Assembly: GCA_041746575.1 (NCBI GenBank)
Contig: JBGTGT010000055.1
Location: forward strand, 1-64,000
Direction of reading: 5' to 3'
Length of the DNA stretch: 64,000 bases
Source of the DNA: Microcystaceae cyanobacterium
GTDB lineage: Bacteria > Cyanobacteriota > Cyanobacteriia > Cyanobacteriales > Microcystaceae
This document shows, piece by piece, positions 20,449-30,280 of the stretch (positions within the stretch are counted from its first letter, which is position 1; each line of letters opens with the position of its first letter). A program made the position numbers and the translations under genes. Under the pieces are notes generated by a model. That model made no database searches. It was not told the origin of the DNA and worked only from the letters and a program-made list of their open reading frames with translations.

Positions 20449-21507
20449 TTAAGGGTGTCCATTCTCAATAATACCGCCGCCTAAGAGGATATCTCCTGCG
20501 TAGAAAACAGCGGCCTGTCCTGGCGTAATACCGAATTGAGGCTCATCAAAACTCAATTTAACCCGATTTTCCCCTAAGGGAATCACGGTTACCGGGGCAG
20601 GGGCGGAACGATAACGGACTTTCACCGTCGTTTGAATCGGGGTCGTGGGTTCAGCCATCGAAACCCAATTTAGGCGACCAACAGTACATTCGGCATTTCC
20701 TGCTTTGTCTCGCGTAGTGACGACCACTTGATTCATTGCGGCATCTAGTTTCACCACATACAGCGGGTCTGGGGCGGCAATTCCCAGTCCTTTGCGTTGT
20801 CCGATAGTGTAACGGTGAATGCCTTGGTGTTTTCCCAAAATATTGCCTTCTAAATCTATGATATTACCTTCTTTTTGCGTAATATACTTCTCTAAGAAAG
20901 CTTGCATTGAACCGTGGGCTTCGATAAGACATAAATCTTGACTATCGGGTTTGTCGGCCGTTTTTAAACCAAATTGGCTGGCGATTTTACGAGTTACTTC
21001 CTTTGTTTGTTCTCCTAACGGAAAAAGAGTGGATTTAAGGATATCTTGGCTTAAATCATAGAGAAAATAAGACTGATCTTTGTTTTTATCCACTGCACAT
21101 AATAATTGATACCGTTGACTCCCTTCGTCGTATTGAATACGGGCGTAATGGCCGGTGGCGATGCGATCGCAGTTAAACTGTTCCTTAGCATAGGTCAACA
21201 TGGGGCTAAATTTAACGGCCTTATTACATTGAGAGCAGGGTAGGGGAGTTATGCCATTCTCATAGCCTGACACTAAGTAATCAATAATATTGGCTTGAAA
21301 TACCTCTCGACTATCCACAATATGGTGAGGAATGCTCAATTGTTCACAAATAGAGGCCGCATCTACCATTCCTTCTGAGCAACATTGACCTTTCCCTTTC
21401 ATCAACCAGAGGGTTAAACCAATGACTTCGTATCCTTGATGATGGAGAGAAGCGGCGGCAACTGAACTATCCACGCCTCCTGATAAGCCGACCACGACCT
21501 GATTCAT
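20449..21507 (-). CDS. mnmA: tRNA 2-thiouridine synthase
   Basis: [35 protein letters not shown]. Confidence 0.96.
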   Translation of the reverse strand: MNQVVVGLSGGVDSSVAAASLHHQGYEVIGLTLWLMKGKGQCCSEGMVDAASICEQLSIPHHIVDSREVFQANIIDYLVSGYENGITPLPCSQCNKAVKFSPMLTYAKEQFNCDRIATGHYARIQYDEGSQRYQLLCAVDKNKDQSYFLYDLSQDILKSTLFPLGEQTKEVTRKIASQFGLKTADKPDSQDLCLIEAHGSMQAFLEKYITQKEGNIIDLEGNILGKHQGIHRYTIGQRKGLGIAAPDPLYVVKLDAAMNQVVVTTRDKAGNAECTVGRLNWVSMAEPTTPIQTTVKVRYRSAPAPVTVIPLGENRVKLSFDEPQFGITPGQAAVFYAGDILLGGGIIENGHP

Positions 21508-21586
21508 AACTGTAATGGAAAATAATGTTTAGTATTTCCTTTCTAGGCTAACATTATCAATATTACAATGCCGGTATCAAAACTCG

Positions 21587-22231
21587 ATGACTGGGGGGAA
21601 AATGCCCTTAGGTCAAATGGTTCAAAATTTCGTGTTTGGAGTGTTTTCAATGAATAATTTATCCTTAACAGGAAGCTTTGCTGTCCTCGCTTGCGCTAGC
21701 TTTTGGTTTCAGCCTCTCATTACCTTGGCTCAAACTTTACCGCCGCCACCACCGATTGCTAACCCCAGCCAATCGCCGTTAAAAACATCTGTTCCTCAGT
21801 TGACGACTCCTCCCCCCTTAGAAGTTCCCACCTCTTCTCCGCTCCCCCTCGAAGTTCCCGTTGCCAGCCCCCAAACAGAGCCTTCTCAACCGATTCGGGA
21901 ATTTACCTTCCAAGCTCCCTCAGATAATACTCCTGAACCTGCCGAGACATCGATAAAGCTCCCTGTCGCATCTCCTACGACGACTATCCCAGTTAAAGCG
22001 AATTTTTATCGGGTTGAAGTTGCCGCCACCGATGAATCTATCTTAGAACAGGTCAGAGATATTGAACCCTTTGCCTTTTTTGAACGGGAACATCAAGTGG
22101 TTTATGCCGGACGTTTCCACCAACAAGACCAAGCACAACAAAGAGTTCAAGAATTGACCCAGAAAGGGTTATCTGCTCAAGTTGTCCCCGTCAGTCAAGA
22201 AAGTGGACAAAACCGCATATCCCCTCGTTAA
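21587..22231 (+). CDS. Exported Pro-rich protein with a SPOR-like C-terminus
   Basis: Signal-like segment, Pro/Ser linker, C-terminal AGRF..AQQRVQELTQKGLSA; start uncertain. Confidence 0.6.
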   Translation: MTGGKMPLGQMVQNFVFGVFSMNNLSLTGSFAVLACASFWFQPLITLAQTLPPPPPIANPSQSPLKTSVPQLTTPPPLEVPTSSPLPLEVPVASPQTEPSQPIREFTFQAPSDNTPEPAETSIKLPVASPTTTIPVKANFYRVEVAATDESILEQVRDIEPFAFFEREHQVVYAGRFHQQDQAQQRVQELTQKGLSAQVVPVSQESGQNRISPR

Positions 22232-22257
22232 ATCAGGATTAAGTGATAATCTAATAG

Positions 22258-22278
22258 CTGATACCTGATACCTGATAC
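22258..22278 (+). repeat. Heptamer tandem repeat (CTGATAC)x3, STRR-like
   Basis: ctgatac ctgatac ctgatac. Confidence 0.7.
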
Positions 22279-22285
22279 GAATGTT

Positions 22286-22807
22286 ATGCTGAGTGATCTT
22301 TTGTCTTCTGATTTAGGGACTTATACAAAGTGGTCGGGAATTTTAACCCTGTTGTGTTTGTTTTTGGCGATTCTTGCCTTTGTTCTCCAATGGGGTATCC
22401 GTTTCCGCTTAGTGGGTGCTACGGGCTTTATGATGGTTCTCACCGTTGGGCTGTTTGGCTTAGGGCTAGGGTTGCTTAATCGAGTGACCATTCCTGATGC
22501 AGTACGATACACCAGAGTGTTTGATAATGGGTCAAATAACGTTGTTATCTCTGTTCCTCAAGAGATTGATAAGACCCAACTGCAAGCGACGCTTAAACAG
22601 GCCGCCTATGACTTCTTTTCTTATGGGAGAACCGATTTAGGGGGAGACCATCAAATGACCATTCGTGCGAGAACCCTACTACATCCGAAACCCGGCCTCA
22701 CCCTACCGATTTATCTAGGACAAGCCAAACGTTCTCTTGGGCTTAGAGAAGATGAAGCGATGAAAATTGAGGTTTTTGACCGTAATTTTGCTAAATTAAC
22801 TCAATAA
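22286..22807 (+). CDS. ycf51: Ycf51 family protein
   Basis: WGIRFRLVGATGF, FDNG, FSYGR, IRARTLLHP. Confidence 0.88.
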   Translation: MLSDLLSSDLGTYTKWSGILTLLCLFLAILAFVLQWGIRFRLVGATGFMMVLTVGLFGLGLGLLNRVTIPDAVRYTRVFDNGSNNVVISVPQEIDKTQLQATLKQAAYDFFSYGRTDLGGDHQMTIRARTLLHPKPGLTLPIYLGQAKRSLGLREDEAMKIEVFDRNFAKLTQ

Positions 22808-22824
22808 ATCGTTTAATTTTATCT

Positions 22825-23097
22825 ATGACTGAACGAGAATTTGAAAGCATTAGTCGTCAGCTAGGTCGCCTAGAAGACAAGATAGACAATTTAGAGCGAA
22901 AAATGGGTCAAGATACTCAACTTTTGTCTGAGAAACTGGAACTTTATCGTCAAACGGGAGAGGCACAAATTCAATCTATTCGGGCTGAGGTAGAAGCGTT
23001 TCAAGAAGCCAATAAGCAACAGCTAAATGTCTCTCTAGGCGTGTTAGTTACGGCGGCGATTACGATTGTTGCTAGCGTGGTTATCGGAATGCAGTAA
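22825..23097 (+). CDS. Hypothetical coiled-coil protein with a C-terminal TM helix
   Basis: Heptad pattern followed by a hydrophobic tail. Confidence 0.6.
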   Translation: MTEREFESISRQLGRLEDKIDNLERKMGQDTQLLSEKLELYRQTGEAQIQSIRAEVEAFQEANKQQLNVSLGVLVTAAITIVASVVIGMQ

Positions 23098-23171
23098 TTG
23101 TCTAATTTTCCGCAAAGTCTAACCCTTTGCGCCTCGTATCAGCTTATATTTTAGTAGAAGATTCGATTGAT

Positions 23172-23429
23172 TCAAGTCAATGGCATCAAGAAAAAATGTA
23201 AGGTATAGGCAATGAAAATGGCTTGAAGGGCTAAAAGACCGATTAATGCTAGGGCAATTAAAACAATATACTGGAATACTAACTCAATTAGGGCTTGTTT
23301 AATGGCGTTGACAACCGATTCTTCTAACCCTCGATTGGTCATGATTTTGTAAATCAGCGATTCAACCGTATTATCCACTTTCTGAGTTAAGGATTTTTTG
23401 GGCGGTTTATAGGAATAGGAATATTTCAT
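23172..23429 (-). CDS. Hypothetical membrane protein
   Basis: 85 aa with a C-terminal TM segment. Confidence 0.55.
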   Translation of the reverse strand: MKYSYSYKPPKKSLTQKVDNTVESLIYKIMTNRGLEESVVNAIKQALIELVFQYIVLIALALIGLLALQAIFIAYTLHFFLMPLT

Positions 23430-23571
23430 GAGACTTGTGGCAAAATTTAAAGATTTCGGTGAAGATTGGTTATCCTCTAAAATCTAGCATTTAAATCCTC
23501 TCTCTCCCAATCTTATCTACCAGCGATCGCGCCTCTTAAAATTTTACCTCAATCGTTGATAAGTACATATT

Positions 23572-24324
23572 ATGACTGAGTACAGAAGCGAAAAGAGAGT
23601 TGCACTCGTTACGGGTTCGACATCTGGCATTGGGCTGGCAATTGCAAAGCGGCTTGTTGAAGACGGCTTTATCGTCGCCTTTCACTCTAGATCTTCCGTG
23701 ATAATAGGACAGGCGTTAGCGGCATCCCACCCCAATAACTCCTACTCCCAAGCTGATCTAGCTGACCAAAACCAAGTTCGTCATTTAGTTGCTGAAGTGC
23801 TATCTTACCACGGTCGGCTAGACGTATTGGTCAATAATGCGGGGATTAGTGCAACGATTCCTCATGCTTCTCTTAAGGAAGCTTCAGCAGAAATTTGGCG
23901 AGAACTTTACGAAGTCAACGTCATAGCACCTTGGACACTGATTACGGCGGCCGAAACGGCTCTACGTCAGACATCAAGTCGTGAATGTCCTAGTTGCATT
24001 CTCAATATTAGTTCTCACGCGGGTATTCGCCCGAAAGGAGCTTCAATCCCATATTCTGCCAGCAAGGCTGCTCTAAACCACATGACAAAGCTACTGGCAC
24101 TGAGTCTTGCACCGCAGATTCGTGTGAATGCGATTGCACCGGGTTTGGTTGAGACTCCGATGAGCAAAAATTGGACAGAGGCACGAAAACTTTGGGAAGA
24201 TCGATCACCAATGGGTAGGGCAGCGCAACCCGAAGAAATAGCACAGATAGCTTCCATGCTGATTGCAAGTCACTATATTACGGGCGAGATTTTGATTTCA
24301 GATGGGGGGCTAAACCTTACTTAA
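23572..24324 (+). CDS. Short-chain dehydrogenase/reductase
   Basis: TGSTSGIG, NNAG, YSASK, NAIAPG. Confidence 0.92.
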   Translation: MTEYRSEKRVALVTGSTSGIGLAIAKRLVEDGFIVAFHSRSSVIIGQALAASHPNNSYSQADLADQNQVRHLVAEVLSYHGRLDVLVNNAGISATIPHASLKEASAEIWRELYEVNVIAPWTLITAAETALRQTSSRECPSCILNISSHAGIRPKGASIPYSASKAALNHMTKLLALSLAPQIRVNAIAPGLVETPMSKNWTEARKLWEDRSPMGRAAQPEEIAQIASMLIASHYITGEILISDGGLNLT

Positions 24325-24379
24325 TAGTTCAAATCTACCATTTCACTGAAAAAAAAGGTAATTATCTTCTCAATAAAAA

Positions 24380-25813
24380 TTATGTAGATGCTCGAATTAG
24401 GGATTCAACTTTACTCTGTTCATCGGGCGTTAATTCACCTGATTGTCCCTTAACTTCTTTATAAATTTTGAGATATTCTGCGGCGGATTTGTACCAACTG
24501 AAATCTTGCTTCATGCCTCGTTTTTGTAATTTTGCCCAAGCATTTTTATAACGGAAACCTTCCCAAGCGCGCACCATACAAGTAAATAAATCAAGCGGTT
24601 CATAGCGATCAAAACAATAACCAGTTCCCGCCTCATTCACCGGATCATTAAAGGAAACCGTATCGACTAATCCCCCCGTATTGCGAACAATGGGAACACA
24701 ACCATAGCGCATCGCTAACATTTGACTGATGCCACAAGGTTCAAAGCGAGACGGCATCAAAAAGGCATCTGAACCCGCATAAACCCGACGAGAAAGGGCA
24801 TCATTGTAGAGTAATTGAATCGCTAACCGTCCCCGATGTCGAGAAGCTAATTGCCATAGTTGAGATTCATAATAGCGATCGCCTGTTCCTAAAATTAATA
24901 ATTGAGTATCAGTATAAGAAATAATTCGATCTAAAATTTGCATCACTAAATCGAGTCCTTTTTGTTCGACTAAGCGAGTGACCATTCCCACCAAAAAAGA
25001 ATTTTTATTCACTTCCAAACCGACTTCTTCCTGAAGAGTCACCTTATTTAACGTCCGTTTTTCTAAGGTTTCTGCTGTAAAATTATGGGGAATAAATCTA
25101 TCAGTGGCAGGGTTATAGCTTTCAATATCAATACCGTTTAAAATCCCTCGTATATTCCCACTAATAAAAGATAATAAGCCTTCTAGTTTTTCGCCATATT
25201 CTGCTGTTTGAATTTGCCCTGCATAGGTAGGAGAAACAGTGGTTACCCGTGTCGCAAACTGAACCGCCGCCGCCATCGTATTATGTCCTTGCATATACCA
25301 CGGACACCACGTAATCTTTTCTAAATACCATCGCCAAGGTCCTTGATAAGCAAGGTTATGAATCGTGAAAACGGTGGCAATTTCAGGAGTTTGCTGCATC
25401 CAAACAGGAATCATCCCAGAATGCCAGTCATGGCAGTGGATAACGTCGGGTTTCCAGTAATTCCACGCAAATTCAGCCGCTCCATTCGCAAAAAAGGTAA
25501 ACCGCCATGCTTCATCTTCACCACTATAGACGCGACGAGGGTCAAAAGCGGGATGACCAAACAGATACAAAGGAACGTCACTATTGGGCAGCAGAGTTTC
25601 GTAAACCGCAAAGTCATTAAACATGGCCGACCCTTTCCAGACGGGTTCGGCGGGAATATCCGTTTTATCGGGAAGAAACCCATAATAGGGCATAAAAATG
25701 CGCACGTCATAACCCAATTTCCGCAAGACTTTCGGCAATGCCCCGACAACATCTCCCATACCACCGACTTTGGCTAGAGGGGCGGCTTCTGCTGAAACAA
25801 ATAGAATCTTCAT
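24380..25813 (-). CDS. glgA: Glycogen synthase (start at MKILF)
   Basis: [31 protein letters not shown]. Confidence 0.96.
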   Translation of the reverse strand: MKILFVSAEAAPLAKVGGMGDVVGALPKVLRKLGYDVRIFMPYYGFLPDKTDIPAEPVWKGSAMFNDFAVYETLLPNSDVPLYLFGHPAFDPRRVYSGEDEAWRFTFFANGAAEFAWNYWKPDVIHCHDWHSGMIPVWMQQTPEIATVFTIHNLAYQGPWRWYLEKITWCPWYMQGHNTMAAAVQFATRVTTVSPTYAGQIQTAEYGEKLEGLLSFISGNIRGILNGIDIESYNPATDRFIPHNFTAETLEKRTLNKVTLQEEVGLEVNKNSFLVGMVTRLVEQKGLDLVMQILDRIISYTDTQLLILGTGDRYYESQLWQLASRHRGRLAIQLLYNDALSRRVYAGSDAFLMPSRFEPCGISQMLAMRYGCVPIVRNTGGLVDTVSFNDPVNEAGTGYCFDRYEPLDLFTCMVRAWEGFRYKNAWAKLQKRGMKQDFSWYKSAAEYLKIYKEVKGQSGELTPDEQSKVESLIRAST

Positions 25814-26007
25814 TGTCTTGGTCTCTTCTCTGAATCTTGGTCTTATCCAAGTTTTACTATACTCTAAGGCGGTCGTTCTCACGTCATCTTAGGAGAAGAA
25901 ATCTCATGATTGATGATTCTTGTTTCTTCTTTGCATAAATATACAGAAATCCTGACAATAATTTTTTAAAATTTAAAGATAAGACCTCCAATTCTTGAAA
26001 AACCACC

Positions 26008-27648
26008 ATGATTTCTTCAGACCACATCTTTGCAGAAATTGCGATTATTATGATGATCGCAACGGTATTAGGAGCAGGGGCTGTGAGGCTAAGACAACCG
26101 CTCATTATTGCCTTTATTGCAGTGGGAATCCTCGTCGGGCCGGCTGGATTAAGTCTTTTAACGGCTCATGAATCGGTCAATTTATTAGCAGAATTAGGCA
26201 TTACTTTGCTGTTATTTGTAGTGGGTTTAAAACTCGATCTCCATGAAATTCGGACGGTGGGGAAAGTTGCATTAATAGCAGGAATGGGGCAAATTTTACT
26301 GATAGGAGGATTGGGGTTTGGTGTCGCCATTCTGTTGGGGTTTACGCCTTTAACTGCCGCTTATTTAGGGATTACTTTTACTTTTTCGAGTACTATTATT
26401 ATTGTCAAATTGTTATCCGATAAGCGAGAAATTGACGCCCTACATGGACGCATTGCCGTGGGAATTCTCATTATTCAGGATATTCTAGTGGTTTTGGTGA
26501 TGATTGGTTTAACGGCGTTTGCCGAAGCGTCTCAACCTTATTTATTCTTAACGATTTTTGGGGTGATAGTGAAAGGTAGTAGCTTTTTGGTGATTATCTC
26601 TGTTATTACTCGCTACTTGTTGCCTAAAATCTTAGATTTACTGGCCCAGTCTACAGAATTACTCCTTTTGTTTGCGATTACTTGGGCATTTTCTCTCGCA
26701 TCGGTAGGGAATGCTTTAGGTTTTAGTAAGGAAGTGGGGGCATTTGTGGCAGGGGTAACGTTAGCATCAACCGCTTACCGAGCAACCATCGGGGCTAAAT
26801 TGGTCAGCGTGCGGGATTTTTTGCTGTTGTTTTTCTTCATTAATTTAGGTATTCACGTTAATATTCACTATTTGACAGCAGAAATCGTTCCTGCACTGTT
26901 ATTTTCTGCTTTCATCTTAATTGGCAAACCCATCATGTTGATGATTCTCTTGGCAAGGATGGGATACAGCAGATACACCAGTGTGATTACCAGTCTATCT
27001 TTAGGACAAATTAGTGAATTTTCGTTGATATTAGCAACATTAGGTGTAAGTTTGGGGCATATTTCCCCTTCTATTCTAGGTTTGATTACCTTAGTCGGCT
27101 TAATCACTATGGGGGCTTCTACCTATCTGATTCTCTATAGTCATCCTCTTTATGAGCGGCTCACGCCCTATTTAACGTTTTTTGATTACCTTATCACTTC
27201 TCCTAATCGATCTTTAAAGGAGGCTTCCCTGATGGATTTCAGTCATGTTGATGTCATTTTATTCGGATTAGGACGCTACGGGGGCAATTTAATGCAACAT
27301 TTTCAGCAAATGGGATGGCACGTCTTAGGGGTGGATTTTGACCCTGAATTGGTTTCTTTTTGGCAGAAAAAAGGAATGTTAGCGTTTTATGGCGATGCGG
27401 AAAATCCCGATTTTATGGCGACGCTTCCCCTTCAACACGTTCGTTGGATCGTTAGTACCTTACCCAATAAGCGCATGGGGTTAATGCTATTACATACCTT
27501 AAAAAATCACTGTTTTAAAGGTAATATTGCTTTAACAAGTCATAATTTTGCCGAAAAAGAAATTTTATGTCAAGAGGGTGCAGATTTAGTACTTTTACCC
27601 TTTGAAGATGCCGCCCAAGAAGCTGCGAGACAAATTGTTTTATCTTAA
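26008..27648 (+). CDS. CPA2 cation:proton antiporter with a TrkA-N domain (KefB/KefC-like)
   Basis: Many TM helices, LLFVVGL, LGQISEFS, GLGRYG, YGDA. Confidence 0.9.
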   Translation: MISSDHIFAEIAIIMMIATVLGAGAVRLRQPLIIAFIAVGILVGPAGLSLLTAHESVNLLAELGITLLLFVVGLKLDLHEIRTVGKVALIAGMGQILLIGGLGFGVAILLGFTPLTAAYLGITFTFSSTIIIVKLLSDKREIDALHGRIAVGILIIQDILVVLVMIGLTAFAEASQPYLFLTIFGVIVKGSSFLVIISVITRYLLPKILDLLAQSTELLLLFAITWAFSLASVGNALGFSKEVGAFVAGVTLASTAYRATIGAKLVSVRDFLLLFFFINLGIHVNIHYLTAEIVPALLFSAFILIGKPIMLMILLARMGYSRYTSVITSLSLGQISEFSLILATLGVSLGHISPSILGLITLVGLITMGASTYLILYSHPLYERLTPYLTFFDYLITSPNRSLKEASLMDFSHVDVILFGLGRYGGNLMQHFQQMGWHVLGVDFDPELVSFWQKKGMLAFYGDAENPDFMATLPLQHVRWIVSTLPNKRMGLMLLHTLKNHCFKGNIALTSHNFAEKEILCQEGADLVLLPFEDAAQEAARQIVLS

Positions 27649-27730
27649 AAGTAGAATAGGATTTGCTAAACTTTGATTTCTTTTAAGACTTCTTTAGACT
27701 TTCTTAAAAATTGCTTTATATATTCATTAT

Positions 27731-27886
27731 TTAATCTTTATTTTGTTGTTGCCAAGTTTTCCATTTGTCAGAAATAGCTTGTGATTGAGATTGAAAGGTT
27801 TTTAACTTTTCTTCTCCGATGAGAACAATTTCTTTAATTTCTTGCAAAATCGTTTCTTGTTGTTGGGTTAGTTTAGTTTGTTTCAT
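27731..27886 (-). pseudogene. Small hypothetical gene, probably frameshifted
   Basis: GGAGG RBS; MKQTKLTQQQETILQEIKEIV..; an alternative frame continues QAISDKWKTWQQQNKD*. Confidence 0.4.
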
Positions 27887-27933
27887 GGTAGATCCTCCAA
27901 GGGTTGTTTAATAGCGTTAACGAGGCAAATACC

Positions 27934-28161
27934 TTACTTCATAGTAACTGCACTGCCGAAAAGAGAAATTTCTACTCCCTTTGCTTGATAATCTTCTTTA
28001 ACTAATTCCCAAGCATTTTTTAATTCTTCTAATGCTTCTAGTGGCGTATCACCAAACGCAGAAATATTTGGCATTTCTTGAAAATGCGCTAACCAGTCGC
28101 CTTGCTCATCAACGTATAGGTCAATGATCATACCATCAAAATTATAATTATCTAGAGACAT
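27934..28161 (-). CDS. hicB: HicB-family antitoxin
   Basis: WLAHFQEMPNISAFGDTPLEALEEL. Confidence 0.85.
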   Translation of the reverse strand: MSLDNYNFDGMIIDLYVDEQGDWLAHFQEMPNISAFGDTPLEALEELKNAWELVKEDYQAKGVEISLFGSAVTMK

Positions 28162-28395
28162 TTAAGATTCCTCCGTATAAGTAATAAATTGTTGAACTTG
28201 ATAGGGTTTTGCTTTTCCGTCTTTTCGAGGTTGAATGGGTAAGGGTTATCCTTTCGGTGAATACCATAAACGATGACTTCCTTTTTGACGGCTGAATGTC
28301 CAACCTGTTTGTTGTAATAGGGTTTCAAATTCACCGAAGGTTAAGTTTTGCGGATTTTGTTTTGCTTTTTTCCATAATTTTTCTCTCTTAGTCAT
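28162..28395 (-). pseudogene. hicA: HicA-family toxin with a nonsense codon
   Basis: MTKREKL..FGEFETLL..GWTFSRQKGSHRLW..*PLPIQP..KAKPYQVQQF; TAA at 28246-28248; abuts hicB. Confidence 0.88.
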
Positions 28396-28595
28396 ACGCT
28401 ATGGTAATGTAAGATGCCTAGATTGATTATACCTAATTTATTCTATGACGCTAAGTAATTTAATCACTATAGTCCATCAATTAATCACATTTTATCGTAG
28501 GGATTTAACACTGTTCAATCCTAGAAAAATTCATAATTTATAATTTAGAATTCATGATTTATTAAAGTCCATCAAACCATCACCTTAATCATCGT

Positions 28596-28823
28596 TTAAT
28601 CGGGGTTATTATTACTATAAAGCTCATTGATAAAGGCTTGAAAGTCGGGGTTATTTAGCAGGTTATTGCGAAAGTCTTGGGGAAGGGAAGCAAATAATTG
28701 ATCAAAGGTTTTGACTTCTCCTAACATTGCATAACATAATGCTTTATTGAAAATTGCTTCATGGTCATCCGGTTTAATTTCAAGGGCTTTGTTGTAGGAG
28801 GCGATCGCTTCATTATAAAGCTC
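28596..28823 (-). pseudogene. Orphan C-terminal TPR gene fragment
   Basis: EAIASYNKALEIKPDDHEAIFNKALCYAMLG..; DNA nearly identical to the TPR unit at about 30555-30610; no start codon. Confidence 0.85.
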
Positions 28824-28834
28824 AGATATAAATC

Positions 28835-29132
28835 TTAAGGAAAATAGCGATAAAATTCTTTTCGATGTAAGACTCTCATAACTTCTATCTCATTTCCGTT
28901 AACTTCGATTCCAACACGATAATCACTAACACGAATACGATAACGATAACCTTTCATGGCTTTGATATTCGTTAAACTTTCTACCTTTCATGGCTTTGAT
29001 ATTCGTTAAACTTTCTAAATTAGCTGCATTAGGAAGCGTTTCAAACGTTAAAGTCTTAATCCGTTTGTATATTGGTTGTGATTTCAATTTCTTTAAATCT
29101 TTCAGGAATAGTTGACGATAGCTTACCTGCAT
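28835..29132 (-). pseudogene. RelE/ParE-family toxin frameshifted by a 34-bp tandem duplication
   Basis: FLKDLKKL..; removing one 34-bp unit gives YRIRVSDYRVG..RVLHRKEFYRYFP*. Confidence 0.9.
28949..29016 (+). repeat. Perfect 34-bp tandem duplication
   Basis: acctttcatggctttgatattcgttaaactttct x2. Confidence 0.95.
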
Positions 29133-29138
29133 AATTAA

Positions 29139-29351
29139 TTATTCATCCAAATATTGTAAAGCTGTATCTTTATCCAACAAAGGAGTGTTTTTTGCTTCAT
29201 CCATTGTCTTATTTAAGCAATAATTTTCTATGTTTTCGGTTAAGTTTTCTAAATTAGTTTTTTCTTCGGGGAAAATAGTTTCCCAAATATCAATGGGGAT
29301 AATAACAGCTTTTTTGTTACCTTTTTCATCGGTTAAGTATTCAAGTTGCAT
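29139..29351 (-). CDS. Putative antitoxin partner of the RelE-like toxin
   Basis: YLTDEKGNKKAVIIPI, acidic, directly upstream of the toxin. Confidence 0.7.
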   Translation of the reverse strand: MQLEYLTDEKGNKKAVIIPIDIWETIFPEEKTNLENLTENIENYCLNKTMDEAKNTPLLDKDTALQYLDE

Positions 29352-29382
29352 AATTAACTTTCCTTTCTGTTTTGAGTGACTA

Positions 29383-29511
29383 TCAGAATTTTAGCAAATT
29401 TTGCTTAAGGTTATAGATATTTAATTCATCATTCATAATTTCCCTTATTCCATCAAAATCACTGTCGATTTTTGCCATCTCTTGATAAGTTTCATCAAGG
29501 TTAATCGCACG
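29383..29511 (-). pseudogene. Orphan alternative 3' end of the NTPase-TPR gene
   Basis: RAINLDETYQEMAKIDSDFDGIRE vs RAINLDETCREMAKTNSDFDSIRD at 30316-30385. Confidence 0.88.
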
Positions 29512-29526
29512 TTAAGGAGGACATTA

Positions 29527-29862
29527 TTAAGCCACGCCATAATCAGTATACGGTCGTTTATAAGGAGGATGCAATCCTAAAATGATGTCTTCTCTAGGAA
29601 CACCCATTTTAACTAATTCTTCTGCAGGATTTTGATCGGTTAGATTTTGCTGTAGCCAAATTTTACCATCTTTAATATCAATATGTATAATAGACCGATA
29701 AACTCGATTTAATCCTTCCCAACCGATATTCATCCATTGATAATGATCTCTTGTGGTATCAAAAATGAGTTGGACTTCGACATTATGATTAGATTCGTCA
29801 TCTTGGGAATAATCCTTTAATAAATCTTGAATCAATTTTCGATATTGTTCTATTTTATCCAT
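29527..29862 (-). CDS. xisI: XisI protein
   Basis: LIFDTTRDHYQ..GW..HIDIKDGKIWLQ..GVPREDIILG. Confidence 0.93.
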   Translation of the reverse strand: MDKIEQYRKLIQDLLKDYSQDDESNHNVEVQLIFDTTRDHYQWMNIGWEGLNRVYRSIIHIDIKDGKIWLQQNLTDQNPAEELVKMGVPREDIILGLHPPYKRPYTDYGVA

Positions 29863-30266
29863 TGGGTAATTACCTCATTCATCGGGTCATATATAATTAA
29901 TAAAATTTTATATTCCTGAATGGCATTTTTGGGAAAAACTAATTGAAAAAAGGTTTGATAAGCCTCTAAAGGAACAGCTAAATATAGTATGCGATTGGGT
30001 TCTATTTTTGTCAAAGCTAGTCGATAACTTAAAAATTGTCCTAATGCAGTATAAAAGTCAGTAATGGCAGAAGGATTAAGAAAACTTTTAATTTCTACTG
30101 CAATTTTTTCTCCTGCTTTCTCTGCGGCAATTAATTTTTCTGCTCCTAAATCAATTTGAAAGTTAACCTCCCCATATTTAAACTTTAAAGGATCATGGGT
30201 AATTGTCCATCCTTCTTTTTGTAAAGCTGTTTTAACTGACTCATGAAATAAATCTTTAGCAGACAT
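29850..30266 (-). CDS. xisH: XisH protein
   Basis: MSAKDLFHESVKTALQKEGWTITHDP..IDLGAE..KIAVEIKSF. Confidence 0.93.
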   Translation of the reverse strand: MSAKDLFHESVKTALQKEGWTITHDPLKFKYGEVNFQIDLGAEKLIAAEKAGEKIAVEIKSFLNPSAITDFYTALGQFLSYRLALTKIEPNRILYLAVPLEAYQTFFQLVFPKNAIQEYKILLIIYDPMNEVITQWIK

Positions 30267-30280
30267 AAAATTGTAAATGA

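Noticed and set aside
28152..28334. 60-aa ORF in the track
   Set aside because: It is the wrong frame of the hicA pseudogene.
29527..30266. xisHI as evidence of a heterocyst fdxN excision element
   Set aside because: No recombinase or interrupted nif/fdxN gene; xisHI pairs are widespread as standalone modules.
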